In this document: one piece after another, positions 28,594 through 38,692 of the stretch | Numbering within the stretch: position 1 is the first letter of the stretch | How the letters are laid out: each line of letters begins with the position of its first letter | Origin: a virus | Virus record (IMG/VR): IMGVR_UViG_3300013131_000036 | Location: 14,720-78,719 of that record | DNA length: 64,000 nucleotides | Direction: 5' to 3' (one strand) | Notes under the pieces: generated by a model | The model's database searches: none | What the model saw: only the letters and a program-made list of their open reading frames with translations | Told to the model about the DNA's origin: nothing | Translations under genes and position numbers: made by a program

Positions 28594-29528
28594 AGTATTT
28601 TGTCCAGATGTTCCGTGAATTGTTCCAGTTTATACTCCCCACATTCCAGTGTTCCCGTCCAGCAATCATCAAACCGATAATTGAAAAGATGCCAGTCCGT
28701 GTAACAGAAACGGCATTTCTCTTTGCCCACAGTTACCGGATACATGTTCCATCCCAGTTTACCGTTTCGCACAAACATGCGATAATCCGGATTCACATAG
28801 GTATAGGCACAAATGATGGGGATGTTGGTGAGTCCTGCCAGATGAATGGGTCCCCCATCATAACCCACAAGGCATTTTGATTGCTGAAAAATGCCGATCA
28901 AGTCATTCAAGTTTGTTTTGTCAATCAAGTTCACACAGGTGGTGATGTCCCGCACATCCAACACCTTGGCTTCATCCCCTTGTTTATAGGCAACCAACGG
29001 GCTGTTCGGATCAAACGGTTCTTTGCTTGTGCCAATCAACACCGGAATATGATCCCGTTCCACAATGTGTTCGGTGAGTTTTCTTAAAAGTTCTTTGTTC
29101 CATTTTCTAACCGGGGAACGAAATCCAACGGATATGATCACGGATCGACTGAAATCCACATTGTATTTGTTCACATCAATATTTTTTGGATACAACGGAT
29201 AATTATAATCCTCATCCCGCAAAACCTTGTTGATCAGATTATAGCTGGCCACTTTGCTCAGATTGCTTTTGGGCACATCCGGAACACCGTGGGGAAATAT
29301 GCGAACATGCCGGTATTCCTCTTTGAATTCATATCTTTCAAAAATGCTGTTGAACCGATTGTCGGGAACAAACCATAAAATATCTCGGTACGCCGGAACC
29401 GTGCTGACCAGATATTTGCCGTCCTTGTGAAAGTTTTCAATTGCATATTTGACCACGGGACTTGCAGCGATCACATCTCCCAATCCTCCGTTCAATATGT
29501 AATGAGTGGGCGTGGCAGGATAATGCAT
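28590..29528 (-). CDS. Glycosyltransferase, GT9 (heptosyltransferase-like)
   Basis: GGLGDVI, NLIDKTNLNDL, VGYDGGPIHLAG, C-terminal Cys cluster. Confidence 0.85.
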   Translation of the reverse strand: MHYPATPTHYILNGGLGDVIAASPVVKYAIENFHKDGKYLVSTVPAYRDILWFVPDNRFNSIFERYEFKEEYRHVRIFPHGVPDVPKSNLSKVASYNLINKVLRDEDYNYPLYPKNIDVNKYNVDFSRSVIISVGFRSPVRKWNKELLRKLTEHIVERDHIPVLIGTSKEPFDPNSPLVAYKQGDEAKVLDVRDITTCVNLIDKTNLNDLIGIFQQSKCLVGYDGGPIHLAGLTNIPIICAYTYVNPDYRMFVRNGKLGWNMYPVTVGKEKCRFCYTDWHLFNYRFDDCWTGTLECGEYKLEQFTEHLDKIL

Positions 29529-29556
29529 AACCTAGTTTACCAAATAATTTGGTAAA

Positions 29557-30102
29557 TCAAGCCTTGTGCTGCGTCAGAACCCGACGCGAACCATTTTGAT
29601 CAAAATAACTTTCCATCACAAATGGTATGTTGCGTATCAGTCCTTTTGCAAGCTGTTCCGTGTTTTCCTTTTCATAATCTTTATGCCATTCAATATAAAG
29701 CTCATTTATTTTTTTAATATTTGCGTGTTTCAGCATTTTTGGAACAATATTGTATTCGCTGCCTTCAACATCAATTCGCATAATGCAAAAATCAAAACCG
29801 TCCAACCTGTTCAATATATTATCAATATCTTCGGTTTGTACAGTATATCCCTGCTTTGTTTCATTATATATTATGTTTCCGTGTTGTTCATCCGGATAAA
29901 AAATTGCTTCTCCTTCCTTGTCAGAAACCGCTTTGTTTACAATTTCAGCAGATGGATATTTTGTTTTTAATATTTCTGGACACTGTTTGTTTGGTTCATA
30001 AAGCAAAAGGTGATATTCCTTGTCTATGCGTTTGCTGTCAAAAAAAGCATCAGTACTGTCCCCTTTGTATGCACCCAGACTGATAAAAATCTTTTTCAAC
30101 AA
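29557..30102 (-). CDS. FkbM-family methyltransferase
   Basis: SLGAYKGD, YEPN, NKAVSD, RIDVEGSEY, YIEWH. Confidence 0.85.
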   Translation of the reverse strand: MLKKIFISLGAYKGDSTDAFFDSKRIDKEYHLLLYEPNKQCPEILKTKYPSAEIVNKAVSDKEGEAIFYPDEQHGNIIYNETKQGYTVQTEDIDNILNRLDGFDFCIMRIDVEGSEYNIVPKMLKHANIKKINELYIEWHKDYEKENTEQLAKGLIRNIPFVMESYFDQNGSRRVLTQHKA

Positions 30103-30132
30103 AAGAATTTATGGATTTTTTTTATAAAACAA

Positions 30133-31500
30133 TCAGTATTTATTTAAATGAGGACCCGTGGTTGCGGCCGGGGAAAAATCAACATTGTGTGCCACTTTAA
30201 GCGCACGTGCTATGGTAACTTCTTGTGGAACACAATACACATCTCCATTGTTCAAAAGAACACAGCTTTGATATTTGTCGGCAGCCACGCCAAAAGCACC
30301 AGAAGGTGTTGACATGCTATCCGTCAATGGATCATATATTTTTGCATTATTCGCATTTTGCGGACATAAAAATATGCGTCCGTCCGGCAGCAAACATCCG
30401 GTGCTGTATGGTCCCTCTATTCCGGGAAATCCCCCGTTGGGTGTTGTTAATTGGTCGGTGTAAGGATTGTATATTGTGGCCACGGATCCACCGTCCGGTA
30501 CGCAAAATACGCGACCATCCGCCATCAAAACACCTCCGGTTCCATAATTTGAACCTGCTCCGGCGGGAAATGTTCCGGCCGGTGTTGTGATTTGATTTGT
30601 GAACGGATTGTAAATTCTTGACCGGGACGCACTATGAGGAACCATATAGATGCGACCATCCAACAAGGTCACACATCCGTCATAAGCGGGTTGTGTTTCC
30701 GCATGTGTTTGAGAAAGTGAAGTGACCGTATCTGTTACTGGATCATATATCCGGAACGTTGTTGAACTGAAAGGAGCCAAAAACACGCGGCCATCCGGTA
30801 AAAGAGCACAGCTTTCAGTTGTGCCACCACCTCCGCTTATGGTTGTTGTTGCGAAAATTGTGTCTTTGACCACATCATGAATTCTTCCGGCCGTGTTTAG
30901 AAATGGACTGCAGAACACACGACCATCCGGAAGCAAACAACCTCCAAAAAAAGCAAAGCCTCCCGGATAAGCCGGAGACAACACGGACAAAGTATTTGTT
31001 CGAGGATCATATACCCGTGCAACTGTTGCACCCGCTGGAACACAAAACACCCGACCATCCGGAAGCAACACACCTCCCACATAACTGTTTCCAGCTGCCG
31101 GAAATGTTCCACCGGGGGTGTATAAAACTTCTGCTCCGGTGACAGGTTTATTCAAACTTGTAACATATTGAAAATGTTGAAAACATTGGGCACTTAAACT
31201 GATTTGCTGGCTTGTTCGGGCGCTGAATCCCCCCACAATTGTGGTTCTGTTTTCACCATAAAGCATTTTTCCGGTCTGGCCAATGTGCCATTGCGGACAA
31301 ACCAACTGGGAAAATTGGGCGGTGGTGCCGCTTTGATTCAGCGTTACTCCGCTGCCTGCAATGAAATTTGTGTTTCCCGAAGGCAAAAGATTAATGTTTT
31401 GAAAATTAGGGGTTGATTCCGGACCGGTACTGACCAGAAATTGTTCCGGGGTGGTGGTATCCAGTGTTCCCAAAAGTGCCAGATTTACGTTTTTGCTCAT
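30133..31500 (-). CDS. 7-bladed Kelch-like beta-propeller fibre/adhesin, paralog 1
   Basis: Seven ~43-aa GG.LLPDGRVF..P......IYDP repeats. Confidence 0.75.
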   Translation of the reverse strand: MSKNVNLALLGTLDTTTPEQFLVSTGPESTPNFQNINLLPSGNTNFIAGSGVTLNQSGTTAQFSQLVCPQWHIGQTGKMLYGENRTTIVGGFSARTSQQISLSAQCFQHFQYVTSLNKPVTGAEVLYTPGGTFPAAGNSYVGGVLLPDGRVFCVPAGATVARVYDPRTNTLSVLSPAYPGGFAFFGGCLLPDGRVFCSPFLNTAGRIHDVVKDTIFATTTISGGGGTTESCALLPDGRVFLAPFSSTTFRIYDPVTDTVTSLSQTHAETQPAYDGCVTLLDGRIYMVPHSASRSRIYNPFTNQITTPAGTFPAGAGSNYGTGGVLMADGRVFCVPDGGSVATIYNPYTDQLTTPNGGFPGIEGPYSTGCLLPDGRIFLCPQNANNAKIYDPLTDSMSTPSGAFGVAADKYQSCVLLNNGDVYCVPQEVTIARALKVAHNVDFSPAATTGPHLNKY

Positions 31501-31503
31501 AAG

Positions 31504-32838
31504 TTAATTTTTGTTGAAATGTGGTCCGGTTAGTGCTGCCAAAGAAAAATTGGCATTTGTATATATGTAGTGTCTTCGGGCTTCTGTGGAATAGTGTGGC
31601 ACACTAAACACACTTCCATCCGGAAGGAGCACACAACTCAAAGAGCCGTTAAAATTATAAAAAGTCCCGGCCGGTGTTGATAATGTATCGGTTCGGGGAT
31701 CATATATTCTGGCAACAGAACTGTAACCAGGATTGCAATAGATTCGTCCGTCCGGAAGCAAACAACCTCCGTCGTGAGAGGTTGCTCCCGGATATGTTCC
31801 GCTCGGGGTAGATATTGTATCAGTGACAGGATCGTAAATGATGGCAATTGTTGCAGTGTAAGGAACATTAAATATCCGTCCATCCGCCATCAATACGGTC
31901 CCTATCCAGCTTCCAGATGCATATGTTCCGTTTGGAGTTGTTGTAATATCCTTATACGGATCATATATTTTTGCAATTGTACCATTAGACGTGGGACCAC
32001 AATACACACGACCATCCAACATTAATGTCGCCCGGTAAGTTTTTTGACCTCCTCCATATGCTCCCCCGGCTGTTGTGAGAGTATCAGTTGTGGGATCATA
32101 AATGACAGCAACAGAACTGTTTTCTGGTGAACAAAAAACACGTCCGTCCGGAAGCAAACAACCTCCGGCAAATGCAGCAAAACCGGATGGCCAACTAACA
32201 CTGGGAATTGTGACAGTGTCTTTGGCCGGATCATAAATACTGGGACCGCCTGAATCAGGAATGCAAAACACTCGGCCATCCGCCATGAGAACTCCCCCTT
32301 CTGATTGGGTAGGAGAACCTGAAGGAGTTGTGTAAACATTTTTAACCGGATCATATATGACTGCAAACGCTTTATTAAAAACACAGCAATATACCCGGCC
32401 ATCCGCCATGAGAACTCCTGCCCCAAAAGATTGGTTTCCGCCTACTGCTCCCGGAGGTGTGGTGAGTATTTCCGCCCCGGTCATGGGCACTGTTTGACTG
32501 ACCACAAATTGAAGATGCGCCAGAAATTGAGCGCTCAATGCAACCTGTTGGCTGACACGATTGGCTGATGTTTCTTGAGCAAGAGGTTTTCCTGTTTTCC
32601 CCACTGTCCAATTGGGACATGTGTTCAGGTTAAAAGTGACTGTATTTGCGTTAACATCTCGGACCGTGTTGAAACCGCTGCTGCTCAGATTTTCAAACGT
32701 TGTGGCTGTTGGTTGCGGTCCGCCCGCTCTTGTTGCAGAAAATACTGGACTGAGTGTGGAGCCGCGTGTGCGCAAAGCATAATATGCTTGTTCAAAACTG
32801 GATACACCAAATAATGCGGTTACACTTGCCCTGCTCAT
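31504..32838 (-). CDS. 7-bladed Kelch-like beta-propeller fibre/adhesin, paralog 2
   Basis: Same repeat, the CPxW..GKTGK linker and the GPHFNK C-terminus. Confidence 0.75.
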   Translation of the reverse strand: MSRASVTALFGVSSFEQAYYALRTRGSTLSPVFSATRAGGPQPTATTFENLSSSGFNTVRDVNANTVTFNLNTCPNWTVGKTGKPLAQETSANRVSQQVALSAQFLAHLQFVVSQTVPMTGAEILTTPPGAVGGNQSFGAGVLMADGRVYCCVFNKAFAVIYDPVKNVYTTPSGSPTQSEGGVLMADGRVFCIPDSGGPSIYDPAKDTVTIPSVSWPSGFAAFAGGCLLPDGRVFCSPENSSVAVIYDPTTDTLTTAGGAYGGGQKTYRATLMLDGRVYCGPTSNGTIAKIYDPYKDITTTPNGTYASGSWIGTVLMADGRIFNVPYTATIAIIYDPVTDTISTPSGTYPGATSHDGGCLLPDGRIYCNPGYSSVARIYDPRTDTLSTPAGTFYNFNGSLSCVLLPDGSVFSVPHYSTEARRHYIYTNANFSLAALTGPHFNKN

Positions 32839-32880
32839 GTATTATTATTTATTAAAAAACCACCAGCGTTGCTGATGTTT

Positions 32881-33222
32881 TTAAGCGGGTTTCGTGGGCC
32901 AAACAACTTCGAAGGGACTATTAAAATTCTGGGGCAAGTTGCGAAGAGCATTGCGATAATCCAACCAAGCCTGCTTATTTACCGTGCAATCAGGGATTTG
33001 CGTCCAATCAGTTTCAGAAAGCAGTTTGTTGCGTTCCTCCCGTATCCGTTTCCAAACAATAGGAGAACCATCCAATATATTAAATCTTTCTTCAAAATTC
33101 ACGTTGTCACGATCCGGACGATTCATCGATGATAAAGGTTTAGGAAAACGGGCAGCAACGGCACCTTCAGCGTCTATATATTCGTAACAATTGCCCACGT
33201 CGTAAATGTCGATTTTGTCCAT
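32881..33222 (-). CDS. Tail fibre assembly chaperone
   Basis: W..IR.ERN.LL.ETDWTQ.PD...W..YR.ALRNLPQ......VVWP.KP. Confidence 0.9.
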   Translation of the reverse strand: MDKIDIYDVGNCYEYIDAEGAVAARFPKPLSSMNRPDRDNVNFEERFNILDGSPIVWKRIREERNKLLSETDWTQIPDCTVNKQAWLDYRNALRNLPQNFNSPFEVVWPTKPA

Positions 33223-33243
33223 AATAGTATTTATATTTATATA

Positions 33244-34608
33244 TTATAATTTATTATAAAAGGGTCCATTTATCAATGCTGGTGAAAAATTAGGTCCTGT
33301 ATATGATATTTTTGCAATTACTGCCCGAGTAGACCAACCAGGAACCATGAAAACATTTCCGTTTTGCATAAGTACTGCTCCTATAAACCCATTATATCCT
33401 GCCAATGTCCATACAGTACCAGTTGGTGTTGTTGTGGTGTTTGATATTGGATCATATACCCGGGCAGTTCCCCCTCCGGTTGGTCCGGCCGGAGCGCAAA
33501 ACACCCGTCCGTCCGGCAAAAGACATCCTCCTGTATAATCTTTTCCTTGCATATTCGGGGTGGTTATAATATTCGTTGTTGGATTGTATATCAATGCTTG
33601 GCCTACAACTGATTCGTCAGGAACACAAAACACCCGACCATCCGGCATTAAAACACAACTTTCAAATCCACTAGGAGGAATATAGGTTCCAAGAGGAGTT
33701 GTTAAGGTATCGTTAAAAGGACTGTAAATGACAAATGTGGCGTTAGGAACAGCTTCAGGAGCCATAAAAACACGACCATCCAGTAGCAAAGTGGCACCAA
33801 AACGTGATCCCTCTGGATCAGCATTATATGTTCCGCTTGGGGTTGTTAAATCATTGTTGACTGGATCGTATATACGAGCCGTTGCAAACTGTCTAGGCAC
33901 ACAAAACACCCGACCGTCAGAAAGCAAAACACCTCCTGCATATTTCGCAGCACCTGCTGGAAACGTTCCGGCCGGTGTTGACAACGTGTTTGTGGCCGGA
34001 TCATATATTCTAGCTATTGTTATGTTTTGAGGAACACAATACACCCGGCCATTCGGAAGCAAAATTGCTCCAGAGTGATCGGAAGAACCACCATATGTTC
34101 CACTTGGAGTGATTAATGTGTCTGTGACAGGATCATATATTCTGGCTACTGTACTGCCCATGGGAACACAAAACACCCGACCGTCAAGAAGCAAAACACC
34201 TCCTTGATGGGCATCAGAAGTTCCCGGATATGCACCGGTGGGTGTGGTTAGCACATCCATTCCGGTAAGAGGAAGATTTTGAGCAACAACGTATTGAATA
34301 TGTCTTTGAAATTGACCGCTAAGAGCAACCTGTTGGCTGACGCGATTGGCTGCTGTTTCTTGATAAAGAAACTTACCGGTTTTTCCCGTTTTCCAATCCG
34401 GACACTGCAATAAATTTACTTTGACACTTGTATTGCTTGCCCCCACTTCAATAACGGTTCCACTACCTGCAAGAAAATTGGTGTTAACGTCACTGATGGG
34501 TATTGCTGAAAAAACCGGAGTGGTGGTGTTGCCTGTGGACGTTAATATTTGCCCGGATTGACCAAAATCGGGCAGAGCAATGTTTGCAAGGTTGGATGCA
34601 TTACTCAC
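33244..34608 (-). CDS. 7-bladed Kelch-like beta-propeller fibre/adhesin, paralog 3
   Basis: Same repeat, linker and C-terminus (GPFYNKL). Confidence 0.75.
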   Translation of the reverse strand: MSNASNLANIALPDFGQSGQILTSTGNTTTPVFSAIPISDVNTNFLAGSGTVIEVGASNTSVKVNLLQCPDWKTGKTGKFLYQETAANRVSQQVALSGQFQRHIQYVVAQNLPLTGMDVLTTPTGAYPGTSDAHQGGVLLLDGRVFCVPMGSTVARIYDPVTDTLITPSGTYGGSSDHSGAILLPNGRVYCVPQNITIARIYDPATNTLSTPAGTFPAGAAKYAGGVLLSDGRVFCVPRQFATARIYDPVNNDLTTPSGTYNADPEGSRFGATLLLDGRVFMAPEAVPNATFVIYSPFNDTLTTPLGTYIPPSGFESCVLMPDGRVFCVPDESVVGQALIYNPTTNIITTPNMQGKDYTGGCLLPDGRVFCAPAGPTGGGTARVYDPISNTTTTPTGTVWTLAGYNGFIGAVLMQNGNVFMVPGWSTRAVIAKISYTGPNFSPALINGPFYNKL

Positions 34609-34617
34609 AACAAACTG

Positions 34618-34803
34618 TTATTTTTTCTCTTCCACACTGACAATACCGCGCAGAAAGAGTGTTCCCGAAGCAGGATCAATCCATTGTGCTTCTTTCATGA
34701 TATTCTTGCCCACCTGACGTTCCACAATGACCGGTTTGGTCATCTGACCAGAAATGGGGCTGACTTGGGGTTTGGGCTGAACAAATGGTACGTTTTTGAT
34801 CAT
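34618..34803 (-). CDS. Hypothetical small late protein
   Basis: TATAAATA 5 nt before the ATG. Confidence 0.6.
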   Translation of the reverse strand: MIKNVPFVQPKPQVSPISGQMTKPVIVERQVGKNIMKEAQWIDPASGTLFLRGIVSVEEKK

Positions 34804-34817
34804 ATTATTATTTATAA

Positions 34818-35093
34818 TTATTTTGCTTTTTTATACTGCATTTCGCAAACTTTAAACACCTTGCCGGGAAGATTTTGTATAAAATCTATTATTTTACAAT
34901 TAATTCCCATATCAATTTTTTCAAAAGGAGCATTCCGCTTAATCATATTAGGAAGAGATAGGAAGTCATAATCTTTTTCATTTTTGTTGATCAATACCCA
35001 GAATTCTCCCCCATATTTGCCTTTGGTTATGGCAAAAAAATCCCCCCGTTTGTACGTTTTAAGCTTGATCAGCTTGAATATTTTTGACAGCAT
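34818..35093 (-). CDS. Hypothetical protein
   Basis: ORF in the co-directional run; likely start MLSKIF. Confidence 0.5.
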   Translation of the reverse strand: MLSKIFKLIKLKTYKRGDFFAITKGKYGGEFWVLINKNEKDYDFLSLPNMIKRNAPFEKIDMGINCKIIDFIQNLPGKVFKVCEMQYKKAK

Positions 35094-35949
35094 TGGCAAA
35101 CCCCCGGATATTTTCATTAAGATCCTCGATCACATATTTTGGTTTGTATCCAAGACTTTCAATTTTTTGACAAGAAAGCATGCAATTACTACGATTAACT
35201 CGGAAATTCATTTCATCATAACCCAATATTTTCCAGTTTTTATTTTCCAGACCATGCTCTTTCAAAAGCTGGATCACATCCTGTCCACGGACCACACCGT
35301 TGTTGACCACATTGTAAACGCCCGGTTCCGGTTTTTGTTCCAGATTAATGAAAAAATCCGTGAATTCGTTCAATAGATTCAGGCTGGTGATGCTGTTTTT
35401 CAGACTGATCAGATTGTCATATTTCAAAAGTTTATAAAGATAATTTTTGGTTGTGTAACTTTCATCATAAGGAATGCGAATGCGGAATGTGTAGCACGGA
35501 TAATCTTCCAGTTTTTCCTCGCAAAGATGTTTAGTTTTACTGTAAAAACTGCTGCGATTGCTGAATATACCAAAATTAGGCATGTCATATTCGCTGTAAA
35601 TTTTGTCCTGATGATCATAAATGCAACCACTGCCAATGTTGATGAAAGGCACATCCAATTCTTTGCATACTTTGGCAATGCGAACCGGAACCAAAACATT
35701 CCAAAAATAACAATCTTGCCAATTGGTTTCACAACCTTCCACGTTGGGTGAACCGGTATAGCCTGCCGCACTGATCAAATAATCTGGTTTTCCCTTTTTC
35801 AGGTATTCCCGAAGTTTTTCTGGTTGGGTATAATCCAAAAATTCCCGGCGAACCATGTCCACGGTTTTTACATGTCCCAAACTTTTCAGTTTGGCCGACA
35901 TGCTTTTTCCCACAAATCCCCCTCCCAGGATCAGCGCATTGTTAATCAT
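35059..35949 (-). CDS. NAD-dependent NDP-sugar epimerase/reductase (RmlD- or NRS/ER-like)
   Basis: ILGGGFVG, AAGYTGSPNVEGCE, GSGCIY, SFYSKTK (YxxxK), RIRIP. Confidence 0.85.
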   Translation of the reverse strand: MINNALILGGGFVGKSMSAKLKSLGHVKTVDMVRREFLDYTQPEKLREYLKKGKPDYLISAAGYTGSPNVEGCETNWQDCYFWNVLVPVRIAKVCKELDVPFINIGSGCIYDHQDKIYSEYDMPNFGIFSNRSSFYSKTKHLCEEKLEDYPCYTFRIRIPYDESYTTKNYLYKLLKYDNLISLKNSITSLNLLNEFTDFFINLEQKPEPGVYNVVNNGVVRGQDVIQLLKEHGLENKNWKILGYDEMNFRVNRSNCMLSCQKIESLGYKPKYVIEDLNENIRGFANAVKNIQADQA

Positions 35950-36304
35950 CGTTGCTTTTTGGTTTAATATTGTTTTGGGATTGGTAAAAGAACCGGTTAA
36001 TGGCCGCGCTCAAAGCATCGGCATCTTTTTGGTCTTTAGCATGAATAAAATTGATTTGGCTGTTAAGCATGTCATAGCCAATGATAATGAAACAATCCAG
36101 ATATTCGCTGATGATGCTGTCCAAGTGTGAAATGTCAGTGGCCCGTTCATTTTTCAGTTCCAGTTTTTGTTGCAGATAATTGTGCAACGTGCTTTTAATC
36201 AGATTCTCCATGTTTTCCGGACGAACCGAAGCTTCAGGTTTTTTACCAGAAAGAGGATTAGATGCTGTTGACTGTTTGTTGCTCTTCTTGCGCGGACTTT
36301 TCAC
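35942..36304 (-). CDS. Hypothetical protein
   Basis: GTG start 6 nt after GGTAAATA. Confidence 0.55.
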   Translation of the reverse strand: MKSPRKKSNKQSTASNPLSGKKPEASVRPENMENLIKSTLHNYLQQKLELKNERATDISHLDSIISEYLDCFIIIGYDMLNSQINFIHAKDQKDADALSAAINRFFYQSQNNIKPKSNDD

Positions 36305-36662
36305 TGATAGTATTTACCGGTTTTTTGAAAAATCTACTATTCTTTGCATTATTACCAATACCTTTTTCGAGCAACAATAATATGACACTTTCAATGCTGT
36401 CGGTTCTGAGACTGAAGTTTTTTACAAACCGAATGCCCCCGTCATTGATTTCAAACATGATGTCTCCGTTAAAGTCTTTGTTTTGATAACAGGTGATGAA
36501 CGTGCTGCTGTTACAAGGATCCACAATGATGGTCCACAAACGAGTGTCCACCTTTGCATATTGCTGGAAAACTTTCCACACGATAAAGCCATTATCGCGA
36601 AGACGTTTGATGAAATAGCTGGGAGTACGAACCTTGTTTTTGCTGATGCGTTTTTTATTCAT
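36258..36662 (-). CDS. Hypothetical protein
   Basis: ATGA overlap with the clamp stop codon. Confidence 0.55.
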   Translation of the reverse strand: MNKKRISKNKVRTPSYFIKRLRDNGFIVWKVFQQYAKVDTRLWTIIVDPCNSSTFITCYQNKDFNGDIMFEINDGGIRFVKNFSLRTDSIESVILLLLEKGIGNNAKNSRFFKKPVNTISEKSAQEEQQTVNSI

Positions 36663-37393
36663 TTGATCAGGCAAGGAACAACATAAGACATTTTGATTCC
36701 GTCTGTTTCATATATTAGATTTACTAGGCTGCTGGCTTTATGAAAGCGAAATTTTATTTTTTCTATCTTATTTGACAAAATAACCCGGATTGGATCCAAC
36801 GGAAGAATAAAATCCAAATCTCCCTTAGAAGAAGGAACGTTTTCAATGGTGCGGGTGAATCCGTCCGATTGATTTTTTTGGCGATCAGAAAGCTCAATGG
36901 TCAGGTTATTATTTGCAAAATTAAAATATAATTTATTAAGATCTGGATAAATGGCACTTGCCTTTATTATTTCAAAAAAAACATCCGTGTTCAGGTCGAT
37001 TTCCAAATCAAAATCCAAAGAGTTTATTTTTTCAAAACTTAACCGAGGTTTGTTCACAACCTTGGTGTCATACAACTGCATCATGAACTGATTGGCGGTG
37101 TCTTTGTATGAAAGATAATTATGTTCCAGTTTGAAACTGACCACATCTTTTTGCACAAAATCCAGGGTCTTTATGAACCGGGAAAGATCAATGAACGCCA
37201 GTTCTTTTTCATCCTTGATATCCGTATCAATGTTTCCGGTGGCTTCCAGAAACAAACTGCCATCCGGATAACTGCTTTTGGCTTGTACTTGATCCGGTTG
37301 AATTTTAAGGATGCATTTTGGGTTCAGCTTTAGTAGCGGCTCCAAAAAATATCGGCAAAACTTGTTTTTATTTTCAATCGTGAATCGGTTCAT
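36659..37393 (-). CDS. gp45: Sliding clamp (T4 gp45-like)
   Basis: 244 aa, FIDLSRFIK.L motif, alternating beta/alpha pattern, position in the replication module. Confidence 0.65.
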   Translation of the reverse strand: MNRFTIENKNKFCRYFLEPLLKLNPKCILKIQPDQVQAKSSYPDGSLFLEATGNIDTDIKDEKELAFIDLSRFIKTLDFVQKDVVSFKLEHNYLSYKDTANQFMMQLYDTKVVNKPRLSFEKINSLDFDLEIDLNTDVFFEIIKASAIYPDLNKLYFNFANNNLTIELSDRQKNQSDGFTRTIENVPSSKGDLDFILPLDPIRVILSNKIEKIKFRFHKASSLVNLIYETDGIKMSYVVPCLIK

Positions 37394-37808
37394 TCAAAAG
37401 GTTCTTGATGTTACTTAATGCCGAAATAATATTGTCAATTTCCTTTTTCACATCCCCGCTATTTTTTATTCCCAGTTCTATCCGAGTTTGTGGAGGTGTA
37501 ACCGGAAGAGTGGCAACCGGAATGGTATGGGGAATGTTCAATCCGGCATTCACAACGGTTGCTTGTGGAATGGGCTGAATTTCGGGTTGTTGTACCGGAG
37601 GAGCCGAAGGAAGAACCGGCATTTCATTTGGAAGCAAATTCATGCTGGCATCATGACTCATGCTGAAAACATTTTTGGGATTGGTTTTCACAGCCTTGAG
37701 ACTGTTGCTTCCCAAATTGTTTTTATCTATTTCATTCAATTGAGCAAGGGTATTGCCCAAGAAATTATAGACCACGTTGGCGATGCGTGGATCGATCTGC
37801 TGGCTCAT
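37374..37808 (-). CDS. Hypothetical Pro/Gln-rich protein
   Basis: Coupled by overlaps to the gp32 and gp45 genes. Confidence 0.5.
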   Translation of the reverse strand: MSQQIDPRIANVVYNFLGNTLAQLNEIDKNNLGSNSLKAVKTNPKNVFSMSHDASMNLLPNEMPVLPSAPPVQQPEIQPIPQATVVNAGLNIPHTIPVATLPVTPPQTRIELGIKNSGDVKKEIDNIISALSNIKNLLNEPIHD

Positions 37809-38686
37809 TCAGTTGTTTCCAGACCATCCAGAAGATCCTTGATCAAATCTTCTTCGTTGCTTTCCTTCTTGGAAGAAATGGTGGTTTTGACCTGAACCTT
37901 TTCCTCGACAAGATCACTGTTGTTGGATGCGGCATCCTTCTTTTTTGACGGAGCAGGAGAAGTGCTGATATTACAGAAGAAATGTTCGTCCAGAAGTTTC
38001 TGCAGTTCGTCCTGGCTTTTCTTCTGGTAAACAGCTTCCAGATCAAAAACCGATTCGTATATTTTTTCCTGGGCTTTATTGTCCAGATTTTCAATTGCCT
38101 TGGGGCTTGTGAACCGGCTGCTGCTATAGTTGGGATATTCGCCTTGGGCTTCCACCTTGATTTTCAGATTGCAACCCCGCTCAGAAAGATCAAAAATACG
38201 ATCACCCAAATCTTCACTCTCCTCTCCGCTGATGGCATCCATGATAATCTTGTGTAGTTGTTTTCCAAAACGAAGAATCATGACCTTGCCATTGTTGCCT
38301 TTGTTGACCGGATCATCAACCACAAGAATGTTGGCCAGCCACTTTTCACTTCGCTTGATTTCAGATGCCTTGACCTTGTCTGCATCATTGTTGCTCTTGT
38401 AAAGCATTTTATACCGGGTTTGACCGATGGGATCTGCTTCACCCCAAGTGGTGGGCGACAATGCGCTCACAAACTGACCCGTGGCGAAACTTGTCCAGCC
38501 ATGCTGCACATGATGAAAAAATGTCTTTTTAGCATCCTTAAGATTCGGAAGAAGGCGAACAACATAAGTGTTGCCCTTTTCCAGCTTCAAAATATGCTTG
38601 TAAAGACCGCTGTTTGAGGAGCCCTCCGTTTTCTTGGTGAGGGATTCCTTAAGTGTCTCGAACATTGATGATGTGAATTTACTCAT
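37805..38686 (-). CDS. gp32: Single-stranded DNA-binding protein (T4 gp32)
   Basis: VVRLLP, ANILVVDDP...NNGKV.I.RFGK, IFDL...GCN.KIK, YPNYSSSRF, acidic C-terminal tail. Confidence 0.9.
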   Translation of the reverse strand: MSKFTSSMFETLKESLTKKTEGSSNSGLYKHILKLEKGNTYVVRLLPNLKDAKKTFFHHVQHGWTSFATGQFVSALSPTTWGEADPIGQTRYKMLYKSNNDADKVKASEIKRSEKWLANILVVDDPVNKGNNGKVMILRFGKQLHKIIMDAISGEESEDLGDRIFDLSERGCNLKIKVEAQGEYPNYSSSRFTSPKAIENLDNKAQEKIYESVFDLEAVYQKKSQDELQKLLDEHFFCNISTSPAPSKKKDAASNNSDLVEEKVQVKTTISSKKESNEEDLIKDLLDGLETTE

Positions 38687-38692
38687 GAATTT

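Noticed and set aside
30133-34608. Diversity-generating retroelement acting on the propeller genes
   Set aside because: There is no reverse transcriptase in the window, and the differences between repeats are not adenine-specific.
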